A program made the position numbers and the translations under genes. The notes beneath the pieces are model-generated. The model was not told the DNA's origin. It was given only the letters and a program-made list of their open reading frames with translations, and made no database searches. A stretch of 64,000 nucleotides of DNA from a virus, in IMG/VR virus record IMGVR_UViG_3300028844_008248; one strand, written 5' to 3'. Position 1 is the first letter of the stretch, and each line of letters starts with the position of its first letter. Of the stretch, positions 18,484 to 27,228 are shown piece by piece.

Positions 18484-18567
18484 GAGGGTTTTTGTAAAAA
18501 CCGAATATCGTTATTCCTGCACTCTCAGCCAATATCTCCCTAGCTGAAAGTTGGTAAAAAGTCCTTA

Positions 18568-18759
18568 TCAATCCATCAAGAATAGTACTCCAGCCAAAAC
18601 ATAACCAAGCTGTCCGGTGGCTATTCCATACACAACGAGAATCCATCCTAATATATCCAAAGTCATGATTTCCTCTCTCGGTTCACCACAGAGCAAATAA
18701 GCAACGAGAATACATCCTAATATATCCCAAATCATGGTTCGAAGCTCAGATGCCCACAA
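18568..18759 (-). CDS. Small membrane protein with internal duplication, 63 aa
   Basis: Two about 30-bp direct repeats (atcctaatatatcc[c]aaa[g]tcatg) encode repeated MIWDILG / MTLDILGWIL. Confidence 0.35.
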   Translation of the reverse strand: MWASELRTMIWDILGCILVAYLLCGEPREEIMTLDILGWILVVYGIATGQLGYVLAGVLFLMD

Positions 18760-18938
18760 TTCGGGTCAAGATCACATACTTTCAATGATGTTGGTGGACA
18801 TCGGCGCAAAATATAATGTAGAGATGTTTCTTTTATTGGTATCCAGATGTCCGTACCTTTCACCTCTACATATACTTCTCTGAGATTAATAATAACAGGT
18901 AAGATTTCATCACCAACATATATAGTCGAGTTATCCAT
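18732..18938 (-). CDS. Hypothetical protein, 68 aa
   Basis: ORF. Confidence 0.3.
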   Translation of the reverse strand: MDNSTIYVGDEILPVIINLREVYVEVKGTDIWIPIKETSLHYILRRCPPTSLKVCDLDPNCGHLSFEP

Positions 18939-19127
18939 AATGTTACCACACCTCCATAGTTACAGGTCCAGTTGGCAATTTGTTCCACTGGTGCGCTACA
19001 TCAGGCCAGAGCATCAATGGCTCACCATAGTGTAAGACGCTCTCAAACCAAAAATTAGCTAGGTTAATCTGGTGTGCCAGCAAAGTAGTCGGGTTCATCT
19101 TATTAACTCCGTTTTAAAGCTCGTTTA

Positions 19128-19289
19128 TTATAGTTCAACTACGACTATGTTTGGGGAATATCCGTTCAACATCTCGTGGGCTTCGTCTTTACCGAAGTAA
19201 CCAACTAGCTTCGTACCGGACCAATGTTCAGTAACTCCAGCTTCCAACCAAGTCACTTCGTATGTTTTTCTCGGTTTTACTTTCATCAT
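19128..19289 (-). CDS. Small early protein (start trimmed to MMKVKPRK… after GGAG; ORF-track N-terminus overlaps promoter)
   Basis: Early promoter at 19328-19355; SD GGAG 7 nt before ATG at 19289. Confidence 0.45.
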   Translation of the reverse strand: MMKVKPRKTYEVTWLEAGVTEHWSGTKLVGYFGKDEAHEMLNGYSPNIVVVEL

Positions 19290-19327
19290 TCGATTAACTC
19301 CTATAAGCAATCGTTTATCATGTAACC

Positions 19328-19355
19328 AGTATACCAGAGTTTTGTCTGGTGTCAA
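19328..19355 (-). promoter_or_regulatory. Early promoter TTGACA-N16-TATACT (minus)
   Basis: agtataccagagttttgtctggtgtcaa. Confidence 0.6.
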
Positions 19356-19908
19356 GAGAAATATGTATATAAGTTTGAGCATAGATTTACATTAACAGTG
19401 AGTGTAATAACATCAGAAGATAGCTCTTGACAGATGTATAATATATGTGCTATACTGAGAGTGGAAACTGATTCTTAGATTTACAGTGAATGTTCTGGTA
19501 TATAAACATGTCACGTAAAGTACTATAAGAGATTAGTCGGGTTTTGTTTTGAAGTGAAAGTTAAGTCGTGCTAACTTTCATTTGGAGTAGACAATTCAGG
19601 ATTGAGTCGGACCTGTCATGTTGGGCTTGACTTGGAGAGAGAGCTTGCAAAGCCTAGTCGGGCTACTAGAGCCAGCATGGACACAGAGCCTAGTCGGGCT
19701 TTGCCCAAACCGGAAAAAAAACATTGGGCGAAAGTAGTCGAAGTTAGAAGCTATTTTGTAACAACTTTTTTATTAGTGTTTTATTCTGTAGGTTTTTCGG
19801 TGGGAAACTTCGAATATCTCTCTATCTACCAAATCAAATTCAACTATTCTAAAACCGGAAAATCAAAATTTTTTTCGAGCTATATTTTTAGGTTCTGAGA
19901 ACTTTACT

Positions 19909-20460
19909 TCAGTTGTTGTCTCGTAGTAGTATATCATCTTCTATCATTAATTCTATACATCTTGGACAAGTTATCCATTGAGCCATTTGTCTATACGAGA
20001 TATATGGATATTCCTCTCCATATAGTTTTCCATCTATGGTATAACACATAGAAACCAAGTCATACTTACCATCCACAGTAGTCCATGTCTTGATTCCTTT
20101 ATGATTATATTCTGGTTCTTTCACCTCTTCGTCTGTAGTATAATGATCAAAGGCTTTATTAAAATGTTCCTGTCGCAACGAGTCCAGTCTACCAGCAATA
20201 TCATTAAGTATATCGGATATTAATAAGTCATTATTATTAAGAAATATTTCAGGTATGGTAACATCTACCAGTTCACCCGAACATTTATCATATATGAATT
20301 TGATATTATGAGTCACATGGTTTTGGATATTATATAATTCATCAAACTTATCTTTTGACATGTTTTCTAATTCTTCGTTAGTGTAGTCGTCTAAAGTTTT
20401 TTCCATGATATTATGCTCCATATTTTTCACCTGTTTCAATTGTTTCCAGTGCGAGTTCAT
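19909..20460 (-). CDS. Hypothetical protein, 183 aa
   Basis: ORF. Confidence 0.5.
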   Translation of the reverse strand: MNSHWKQLKQVKNMEHNIMEKTLDDYTNEELENMSKDKFDELYNIQNHVTHNIKFIYDKCSGELVDVTIPEIFLNNNDLLISDILNDIAGRLDSLRQEHFNKAFDHYTTDEEVKEPEYNHKGIKTWTTVDGKYDLVSMCYTIDGKLYGEEYPYISYRQMAQWITCPRCIELMIEDDILLRDNN

Positions 20461-20620
20461 TTGTTAGCATCATTACGCCTAACGCTATGATCTGTTGTTT
20501 GGTCATTTCTTTTTCCTATCTTTTAGGTATATTTGAATAACGTAATTCAATTCAACCAAAAAATTACCAATGGCAAAAACTCCAATAACCAGAAGTATTT
20601 GCAAATAATGATTATCCATC

Positions 20621-20809
20621 TCACTCCTCCATTTCTCCGGTTTGCTTCCTGACTAATTCAGTTTTGCACTCAAAATTCATATCAGCATATTTCTTTATAG
20701 CTTTGGCCTCACCTATCATTTCACCAAAAGGAATTATATAAATAAAGAGCCAGCCTATAATTAGAAGGGTAAAAAACATTTGCAATATTATTTTAGATTG
20801 TTCGCTCAT
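20621..20809 (-). CDS. Small membrane protein, 62 aa
   Basis: Hydrophobic helix FFTLLIIGWLFIYIIPF. Confidence 0.4.
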   Translation of the reverse strand: MSEQSKIILQMFFTLLIIGWLFIYIIPFGEMIGEAKAIKKYADMNFECKTELVRKQTGEMEE

Positions 20810-21203
20810 CCATTTCTCCGGTTTGTTCGACTGCCTTCCAGAAGGCTATAAATTCGTTTTTGTTAATCTCACCTTTCTGATATGGCTCTAATGCTTTATC
20901 CATTTGCGCCCAATAACCTTTCCGGCGGGAATCAGTCTTCCAAGCAAACCCCCGCTTCTCCATCTCCCGCTTTCCAAGGTGCATTAGGATGGGGGCAATT
21001 CTAGTGTCATCAAATAGGTACGATTTCCATTGGTCGATATTAATAACGCCAGTAGTCGCAGGCCAAGCTAATCCTATATTTTTATTTTTCCATGCAACAG
21101 GAAAGCTCCAGTGGTCTGCACCCATCCCATAATCAGGATCAATTTCAGCATCAAAAAACTTCGCTACCTTCTCCGCAAGTTGTTTTTGTTCTGAGGGTTT
21201 CAT
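20793..21203 (-). CDS. Hypothetical protein, 136 aa
   Basis: ORF. Confidence 0.5.
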   Translation of the reverse strand: MKPSEQKQLAEKVAKFFDAEIDPDYGMGADHWSFPVAWKNKNIGLAWPATTGVINIDQWKSYLFDDTRIAPILMHLGKREMEKRGFAWKTDSRRKGYWAQMDKALEPYQKGEINKNEFIAFWKAVEQTGEMDERTI

Positions 21204-21856
21204 TATTTACCTTTAAATTTTATCTTACTTAGGTTGCTATTAATTTCAAAGTGAGCAACTTTCACTTCCAACTCCTTACCCCGCTTCTCACTAGCTTTGA
21301 GTTTTGCTTTGTATTTCAAAAGTTGTGCATCCATTGTAAGGTTTTTATCTTCTTCCTCTACATACTGTGCATTTATAAAACTCAATTCGCCTTGAGCTTC
21401 TTCAAGTTTCTGCTTGAGGTCTTTGATTTCATAAGCGTGATTAAATTTATCATCTATTAATTCATCAAATGTTTTGCGATATTTTTCCTTCAACTCCGCA
21501 TTTTCAGCTTCGAGTTTTTTTGCCTCGTTTACTTTATAGCTGTGTATGCCAATCAGATCAACAAGCTCCCCCTTCACCTTCTCCAGTTCGGCTTGGAGTT
21601 TTTCTTTTTGCTCTACTTGGAATCTTACATTGGTATCTAGCCTTCCTGCTTCCTCATACCAGTAATCCAACTTACCCTTCACCTGCTCCAGTTCAGCTTT
21701 GAAGGAGTCGATTTCTTGGTCACGCCAAGCCAACTGAATCGCTATGTCTGATTTGCTGTGCAACTTTTCAACGGTCATTGCAGAAACATGGTTAAGGTAG
21801 TGCTGGCCTAGCTCTTGCGCATCTTTTTCGGGATAATATTGATTCGTTTCACTCAT
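21203..21856 (-). CDS. Coiled-coil protein, 217 aa
   Basis: K/E/L-rich heptad-like sequence. Confidence 0.5.
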   Translation of the reverse strand: MSETNQYYPEKDAQELGQHYLNHVSAMTVEKLHSKSDIAIQLAWRDQEIDSFKAELEQVKGKLDYWYEEAGRLDTNVRFQVEQKEKLQAELEKVKGELVDLIGIHSYKVNEAKKLEAENAELKEKYRKTFDELIDDKFNHAYEIKDLKQKLEEAQGELSFINAQYVEEEDKNLTMDAQLLKYKAKLKASEKRGKELEVKVAHFEINSNLSKIKFKGK

Positions 21857-21858
21857 AA

Positions 21859-22311
21859 TTACTTATCCTCCGTTATTATTCTTCCTTTGTTATTTGTTTG
21901 GATAAATGTATTCCTTGGTAATGATGGTTCTAAGTATAAAATTCCATCAGCACAAATGGTTCCTATTATCCAATTACTCTGTAGTCTGCTACCGTCTTGA
22001 CCTATTTGTATATTAATATCTATTTCTGAATTTGATTTTCTTGGATTCAAAGACAAATACGCTTCTCTTTCATGAATATTAGGAAGCACGTGGCCATTAT
22101 GGTTTACATATAATTCTATATAATTATCATTTCTTTGCGATTCATTATCCGGGGTATTATTCAGACCATCTTTATATACAATCTGTTCTTTGGGAATGAG
22201 CATCGATTCGCCTTTATAGAAATCGATTAGCTTGGATATGACTTCCAATTGCTCTTGATCGAACTCCGATATATTTTCTTCGTACCATTCATTCAAGTAT
22301 TGAATATTCAT
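21859..22311 (-). CDS. WYEEN-module family member A (N-terminal MNIQYLNEWYEENISEFDQEQLEVISKLIDFY + variable C-terminus)
   Basis: Shared N-terminal about 35 aa with six downstream-upstream paralogs; C-terminus similar to member E (…GQDGS…). Confidence 0.55.
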   Translation of the reverse strand: MNIQYLNEWYEENISEFDQEQLEVISKLIDFYKGESMLIPKEQIVYKDGLNNTPDNESQRNDNYIELYVNHNGHVLPNIHEREAYLSLNPRKSNSEIDINIQIGQDGSRLQSNWIIGTICADGILYLEPSLPRNTFIQTNNKGRIITEDK

Positions 22312-22799
22312 TATTTTTTTCTCTCCACTGGTTTAATATATTTATTCGATGTAATAAATTTATTATCGTGTATAGCAAGCCGATGATTGATTTTTCTATA
22401 ATATTCGTAATGTTCCCGTTTTTTAAATGCCACAGGGGAGTACTTGTTCTTGTGGGATAGTTTATATCTTCGTACCATTCTCTTTATAGGTGATAATTTT
22501 ATTCTTGAATCTTTTAGTACGCAACTATCACAAGAACATCTTGATATATATTCTTTTATTTTATGTTCTATATTAATCAGATGGCGAAATGCCAATACAT
22601 GACTTCCCGTATATTTGTTCTGCCATTTCGGTTTTAATTTTACGATATATATACCATCAGTACCATCATCATTATATTTGGCAGTATTATAATCGATGTC
22701 AAGTATAATAGTTGACATAGATTTTTTTAATTCTTGGATTCGGGATTTGTTGTTGTTGATGTTGTTCATTATTTTAACCACTCCCAGACTTTCCACCAA
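22311..22799 (-). CDS. Basic protein with C-terminal RCxC..C motif, paralog of 23176..23508
   Basis: …EYISRCSCDSCVL… vs …KYIVRCFCSKCTT…. Confidence 0.5.
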   Translation of the reverse strand: MVESLGVVKIMNNINNNKSRIQELKKSMSTIILDIDYNTAKYNDDGTDGIYIVKLKPKWQNKYTGSHVLAFRHLINIEHKIKEYISRCSCDSCVLKDSRIKLSPIKRMVRRYKLSHKNKYSPVAFKKREHYEYYRKINHRLAIHDNKFITSNKYIKPVERKK

Positions 22800-23179
22800 G
22801 GAACTTCTTTTTTAATATAGTATGGTCCGGGGTATTCTCCGGGCTTGTGGGGATTTCCAAATCCCTGCTCTCTTTCTGGTCCACAATCATGAAACAATTG
22901 CCAATATTCGGGTTTTACATAACTATAGAATGCTCCTTGGGGTCGTGAGCCTACCTTCCTTGCACAAAAAAGTTCTCCAGCCATAAACATATTAGATTGA
23001 TCGAGATCATCAAATGCTTTCTGATACGCTTCCATATCTTCGTTTGGTCGGAACACTACTCCATCAGCGCAACCCCACGAAAACAAGTCGTTGGTGATTA
23101 TTTCATATTCGTCCATCTCTGCATCATAATCAACTACATCATAGTCTACTAAGTCTTGGAATGTTAGTTTTGTATTCAT
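22769..23179 (-). CDS. Hypothetical protein, 136 aa (W-rich)
   Basis: ORF. Confidence 0.45.
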   Translation of the reverse strand: MNTKLTFQDLVDYDVVDYDAEMDEYEIITNDLFSWGCADGVVFRPNEDMEAYQKAFDDLDQSNMFMAGELFCARKVGSRPQGAFYSYVKPEYWQLFHDCGPEREQGFGNPHKPGEYPGPYYIKKEVPWWKVWEWLK

Positions 23180-23508
23180 TTTATCACCTTTTGTAGTTTT
23201 ATAAATTTATAAGTTGTGGTGCATTTAGAACAAAAACATCGTACAATATATTTTGATAACAGCCTATCTAAAGTACCCAAACACAAAGATGTTATTTCAT
23301 GTTGCTCATAGTCTTTAACAGTCCATCCCATTCTTAGTTTTATTGTATGAATTGTAGTGTCTGATGTTTTATTATAAATTTCTTGCACTTTATTTCGGTG
23401 TTTGTGTTTTATATAATCTATTGATAACACAAACTTCTTCTTATGTTCCCTGTGTATTAGTCGGAACCTTTTTTCATTATCTTCATAGTCGGTGAATTTA
23501 TTTCTCAT
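23176..23508 (-). CDS. Basic protein with C-terminal RCxC..C motif, paralog of 22311..22799
   Basis: see 22311..22799. Confidence 0.5.
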   Translation of the reverse strand: MRNKFTDYEDNEKRFRLIHREHKKKFVLSIDYIKHKHRNKVQEIYNKTSDTTIHTIKLRMGWTVKDYEQHEITSLCLGTLDRLLSKYIVRCFCSKCTTTYKFIKLQKVIK

Positions 23509-23527
23509 GTTTATAATCCATAATCAC

Positions 23528-23797
23528 TTACCCGATATCAAATATATCATAATCATCAACTTTTTGTCTGTACTTGGATGCTCTTATACATTTTACTCTG
23601 CCACGACTCATAGTGCGTATTTTAATGAATTTATAATAACGAACTCGACCATGTACCCGGCCTCGTGAATATTTATTTTTTGGACTTTTTCTCCCAGCCA
23701 TCAATTTCAATTTATTTTTTGGGATTTTTTGGGATTTTTTTCCATTTTGATCAATAGAAAATATGACAGACGGTTCAACTATTAATTCCATTGTCAT
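23528..23797 (-). CDS. Highly basic small protein, 89 aa
   Basis: R/K-rich; DNA contains tandem ttttttgggatttttt repeat. Confidence 0.4.
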   Translation of the reverse strand: MTMELIVEPSVIFSIDQNGKKSQKIPKNKLKLMAGRKSPKNKYSRGRVHGRVRYYKFIKIRTMSRGRVKCIRASKYRQKVDDYDIFDIG

Positions 23798-24303
23798 TAT
23801 ATTTCACAAAAAAATGAATGGATTAAAATAACTACAGCAACTATTCCATATATAACGAATACCCAATATATAGGAACCATAGAAGTAACAAAAATGAATA
23901 AAATACTATTGATAATAAATATAGGTATTAACCCAAACAATATTACTCCAAGCCCTTGTCCGATGTAATCTAAACGCTCTTTCTTAAAATTGCTTGGTCT
24001 AAATTGATCGATGATTTCTTTGAATGTTTTTTTAATTCCACCCATAACACTTTGGTATATAGATTCGGAGTGGTTTTCTATTCTTCTGTCATCATAAGAA
24101 ACCAACTCGTTATATTTATTAATATATTTTGCTTTTTCTTTTTCCAATTTCTTAATATATTTTTTGAGATTTTTGGTATTACATTGTTCTTTTGATAACT
24201 GAATAAGATAGTCAATTATCTCTATAGAATCAGAGTCTAATTCGAGAATAAACGAATCATACCACTCTTCTATTTCTTTATATGTTGGCTCTTTATTAAA
24301 CAT
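23797..24303 (-). CDS. WYEEN-module family member B with C-terminal double transmembrane segment
   Basis: N-terminal …YKEIEEWYDSFILELDSDSIEIIDYLIQL…; C-terminal hydrophobic helices. Confidence 0.55.
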   Translation of the reverse strand: MFNKEPTYKEIEEWYDSFILELDSDSIEIIDYLIQLSKEQCNTKNLKKYIKKLEKEKAKYINKYNELVSYDDRRIENHSESIYQSVMGGIKKTFKEIIDQFRPSNFKKERLDYIGQGLGVILFGLIPIFIINSILFIFVTSMVPIYWVFVIYGIVAVVILIHSFFCEI

Positions 24304-24366
24304 TATTATTCTCCTATTACTTTCAATACATTGTATAAAAAATTCTTTATTATGGATTCCCCCATA

Positions 24367-24954
24367 TCACAATTTATTGATTCTTTTTCTGGTATTTCTT
24401 TTGATTTTCTTTTCTTCACATTTTTTAATTCTCTCAAGTTCGGTTTCAATAGCAATAGTTTGTATCCGTTCCTCATATTCCCTTTTTTCCTGCCAGAGTT
24501 CTTTCTCAAGTTCTTCTTTGAGTAATCTATCTCTATCCCTTTCTTCTCGAATAACAATATCTTGCCAAGACTCATTACCTAGATGGGAAGAAGAATAATT
24601 AAGAAATCCTAAATGAGAAATCTGTTTACGATCATGATATTCGTTGTCTATTGAACTAACAACACCTCTATAAAAATCATCAACAACAGCTAATTTCTCG
24701 TGAATATTTTTATCCCCAATATTTTGTTTGTTATAAAACTCAAATGAAAGTTGTTGTAAGGTCTCCCCCAAACGTTTGATCATGTATTGATCTTTTTTTT
24801 GCTCAGACCTCATAGTTTTTATATCGTTTTCATCTTTAGTTGATATAAAATTTTGTTTAGCCAGTTCAAAAATTTTATCTAAGTGAGTTGTATTTTGTGC
24901 ATCTAGATCAAGAATAATATCTTCGTACCACTCTTCAATATCAGAAATATTCAT
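24367..24954 (-). CDS. WYEEN-module family member C with coiled-coil/charged C-terminus
   Basis: MNISDIEEWYEDIILDLDAQNTTHLDKIFELAKQNF…. Confidence 0.55.
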   Translation of the reverse strand: MNISDIEEWYEDIILDLDAQNTTHLDKIFELAKQNFISTKDENDIKTMRSEQKKDQYMIKRLGETLQQLSFEFYNKQNIGDKNIHEKLAVVDDFYRGVVSSIDNEYHDRKQISHLGFLNYSSSHLGNESWQDIVIREERDRDRLLKEELEKELWQEKREYEERIQTIAIETELERIKKCEEKKIKRNTRKRINKL

Positions 24955-25364
24955 TTTCGATTCTCCGTTTCTAATGCTTTCTCTACTTGTATAATTGCCC
25001 GATCCAATTTATGGTCTGGTATGATGGCAGTTCCCCCATACAATCTTTTGAAAGTTTTTATTGTTTGAGCATTACATAAATTCAATCGCTCTACTAAAAT
25101 TTTTCTCTTGTCAGATGAACTAGTTTCTTTATCTATTTTCAGATCAACAAGACGAACATTTTCTTCTTCTAGTACTTTTATAATCTTCTTTAGATTTCTG
25201 TTTTCCCCTTTAAGGTCTTCTAAATTTGGTATTTTATTGTTGGTGAATCCAATAAAGTACTCCTTAGCAGTATCCACTAAAAAATCAATGACCTCGATTT
25301 GTTCTGCATCAAACTCTGGTAAATTTTCTTCATACCAGATATCTAAATCTTCTATAGTTTTCAT
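24951..25364 (-). CDS. WYEEN-module family member D
   Basis: MKTIEDLDIWYEENLPEFDAEQIEVIDFLVDTAKEYF…; ATGA overlap with neighbours. Confidence 0.55.
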   Translation of the reverse strand: MKTIEDLDIWYEENLPEFDAEQIEVIDFLVDTAKEYFIGFTNNKIPNLEDLKGENRNLKKIIKVLEEENVRLVDLKIDKETSSSDKRKILVERLNLCNAQTIKTFKRLYGGTAIIPDHKLDRAIIQVEKALETENRK

Positions 25365-25900
25365 TCCATATTACCAATTCCAACAAACCATGATGGTTTA
25401 TCTAATCTTAGCGTTTTCTGATTTAAGTTATTTCCTGAACGACTAGAATCTCTAATCAAGATGGTGTTATTGTTACTAATGCTTATCGGAGCATGTGTGC
25501 CATTTGAATATTTAGATTGGTCTGTAAATTCAAAACTACCATCTTGATATATTCTTCCTATAGCAACTGTTACCGCCGGACTAGAAATTCCAAATTCAAT
25601 AAAAGATTTGTCTGGACATATATGATCATTACTAACATAAAATACCGGGTGAAAAATATCAGGAGCCTGTTCTGTTTTAGCTAAAGATGCAGAGATAAAT
25701 TTATCAATAGGAATTTTTTTTGCAAAGCATTCAGTATTTTCCTGAAAAAAGTTATCCGCATATTCCAATTTAGCATCAACTTCCGGTCCTATATAATTCG
25801 TCTTATAATTCTCTACAAGATGGTTTATCATGTCAACTTGGTCTACATCAAATTCTGATAAATTTTCGTTATACCATTTATTTAATTGATTAATATCCAT
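25361..25900 (-). CDS. WYEEN-module family member E
   Basis: MDINQLNKWYNENLSEFDVDQVDMINHLVENYKTNY…. Confidence 0.55.
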   Translation of the reverse strand: MDINQLNKWYNENLSEFDVDQVDMINHLVENYKTNYIGPEVDAKLEYADNFFQENTECFAKKIPIDKFISASLAKTEQAPDIFHPVFYVSNDHICPDKSFIEFGISSPAVTVAIGRIYQDGSFEFTDQSKYSNGTHAPISISNNNTILIRDSSRSGNNLNQKTLRLDKPSWFVGIGNME

Positions 25901-25987
25901 TATAATATCCTATGCACTGGTGCCTGTTTTTGGTTTTATGGCCTATATGACCGTTACAGAGCCTCATATGGTGTCTTGTTGATCCCA

Positions 25988-26422
25988 CTAGAACGGAGAA
26001 TCTTCATCGTCATCTTCATCAGCTTCCGATCTACCAGAAAATTCGAACATTCGTTCATCCAACATACACGTTGGTTTTTTTGGTTTATTCGGAGTTAGTG
26101 GAATAACATTTTCGGGTTCTCCCATCAAATCACATAATTTATTGTTAATATGGATTCTATCCGACTCAATTTCATACGACATTTTCCGTAACAAATATTG
26201 AATAGATTTTTCCATGTTAATAAATTCTTTTTTGATATTGGCTTGTTTTTCCACTACATCTTTTTTGATATAGTCGAATGTGTCTTCTCTTGATTCTGTA
26301 TTATCTTCCGATTCAATCGGAGGATTATAATTTTCTACCAATTTTTCAATTATGATAGATTGTTCTTGATCGAAATCACCAATAGCCTCTTCATACCACG
26401 CTTGAACTTGTTTTTTATTCAT
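25988..26422 (-). CDS. WYEEN-module family member F (acidic C-terminal tail)
   Basis: MNKKQVQAWYEEAIGDFDQEQSIIIEKLVENYNPP…. Confidence 0.55.
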   Translation of the reverse strand: MNKKQVQAWYEEAIGDFDQEQSIIIEKLVENYNPPIESEDNTESREDTFDYIKKDVVEKQANIKKEFINMEKSIQYLLRKMSYEIESDRIHINNKLCDLMGEPENVIPLTPNKPKKPTCMLDERMFEFSGRSEADEDDDEDSPF

Positions 26423-26431
26423 GATAAAATC

Positions 26432-26998
26432 CTATTTAGTTTTCAAGTTTTTAATTCTATAGGTTCCCGATACACATTCAAGAGATTTTTTACCGGGAAT
26501 TGCTGAGTCAGCACTATATTTGTATAAATCTAAACCAACCTCTTCTACCTCATTACCCTTGCGTACATCACACCCCAACCCCGGAACTTCGGTTGTTTCT
26601 GTAATTATAGGTTCTCTCGATCCCAAATATATAGGCACCAACGAAACAATAATTAAAATTATAATAAAAATAGTATTCAAATTAGTAAAAAACCAACCCC
26701 CCAAAGTGATTTTAAAAGTGGTTTTTCGGGGAGTACTTATAGTTTGAGTATTTAAGTTGTGCAATAATTCATGTACTTCGGTTCTTAAATCTATATTCGA
26801 TAATACCACACTCCTAAGTTCAATTTTTAATTGTTCGTTTTCTTCTTCAGCATGTTCCATTCGTATTTTAATATCACCAATGTTATTTACAAGATAATTT
26901 TCTTTTAAAACTTCAATTATTTCAGCTTGGTTCTGATCAAATTCCCCAATATTTTCTTCATACCAAGAATTTAACTCAGTGTTGTTTAGATTATTCAT
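26432..26998 (-). CDS. WYEEN-module family member G with central transmembrane helix
   Basis: …LNSWYEENIGEFDQNQAEIIEVLKENY…; TM GGWFFTNLNTIFIIILIIVSLVPIYLG. Confidence 0.55.
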   Translation of the reverse strand: MNNLNNTELNSWYEENIGEFDQNQAEIIEVLKENYLVNNIGDIKIRMEHAEEENEQLKIELRSVVLSNIDLRTEVHELLHNLNTQTISTPRKTTFKITLGGWFFTNLNTIFIIILIIVSLVPIYLGSREPIITETTEVPGLGCDVRKGNEVEEVGLDLYKYSADSAIPGKKSLECVSGTYRIKNLKTK

Positions 26999-27009
26999 AG
27001 TGATACTTT

Positions 27010-27186
27010 CTATTTAGTTTTATTTTGATAAAATTCCAAGGAACATTTTGCACTACAAAACACAATATCAATTTCTTGTGTTTTGACACCTTCTACAAAT
27101 AAGGAAGTGTGATAGAGTGGTTTGTGGTTTTCTTTTTCATGTTCCCTCATAGTTATTTTATCAGTCCCGCATATTTGACAATTCAT
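27010..27186 (-). CDS. Unlisted small CxxC protein, about 58 aa (MNCQICGTDKITMREH…CSAKCSLEFY…)
   Basis: Read from sequence; SD GGAG 8 nt upstream; first gene after early promoter 27201-27228. Confidence 0.4.
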   Translation of the reverse strand: MNCQICGTDKITMREHEKENHKPLYHTSLFVEGVKTQEIDIVFCSAKCSLEFYQNKTK

Positions 27187-27200
27187 TTATTTCTCCAGTT

Positions 27201-27228
27201 ATTATATGACATATATAGATTTTGTCAA
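27201..27228 (-). promoter_or_regulatory. Early promoter TTGACA-N16-TATAAT (minus) heading the WYEEN-family operon
   Basis: attatatgacatatatagattttgtcaa. Confidence 0.55.

Noticed and set aside
24306-24575. 89-aa ORF overlapping the WYEEN-family member at 24367..24954
   Set aside because: It is an alternative frame largely inside a paralog-supported gene, so probably spurious
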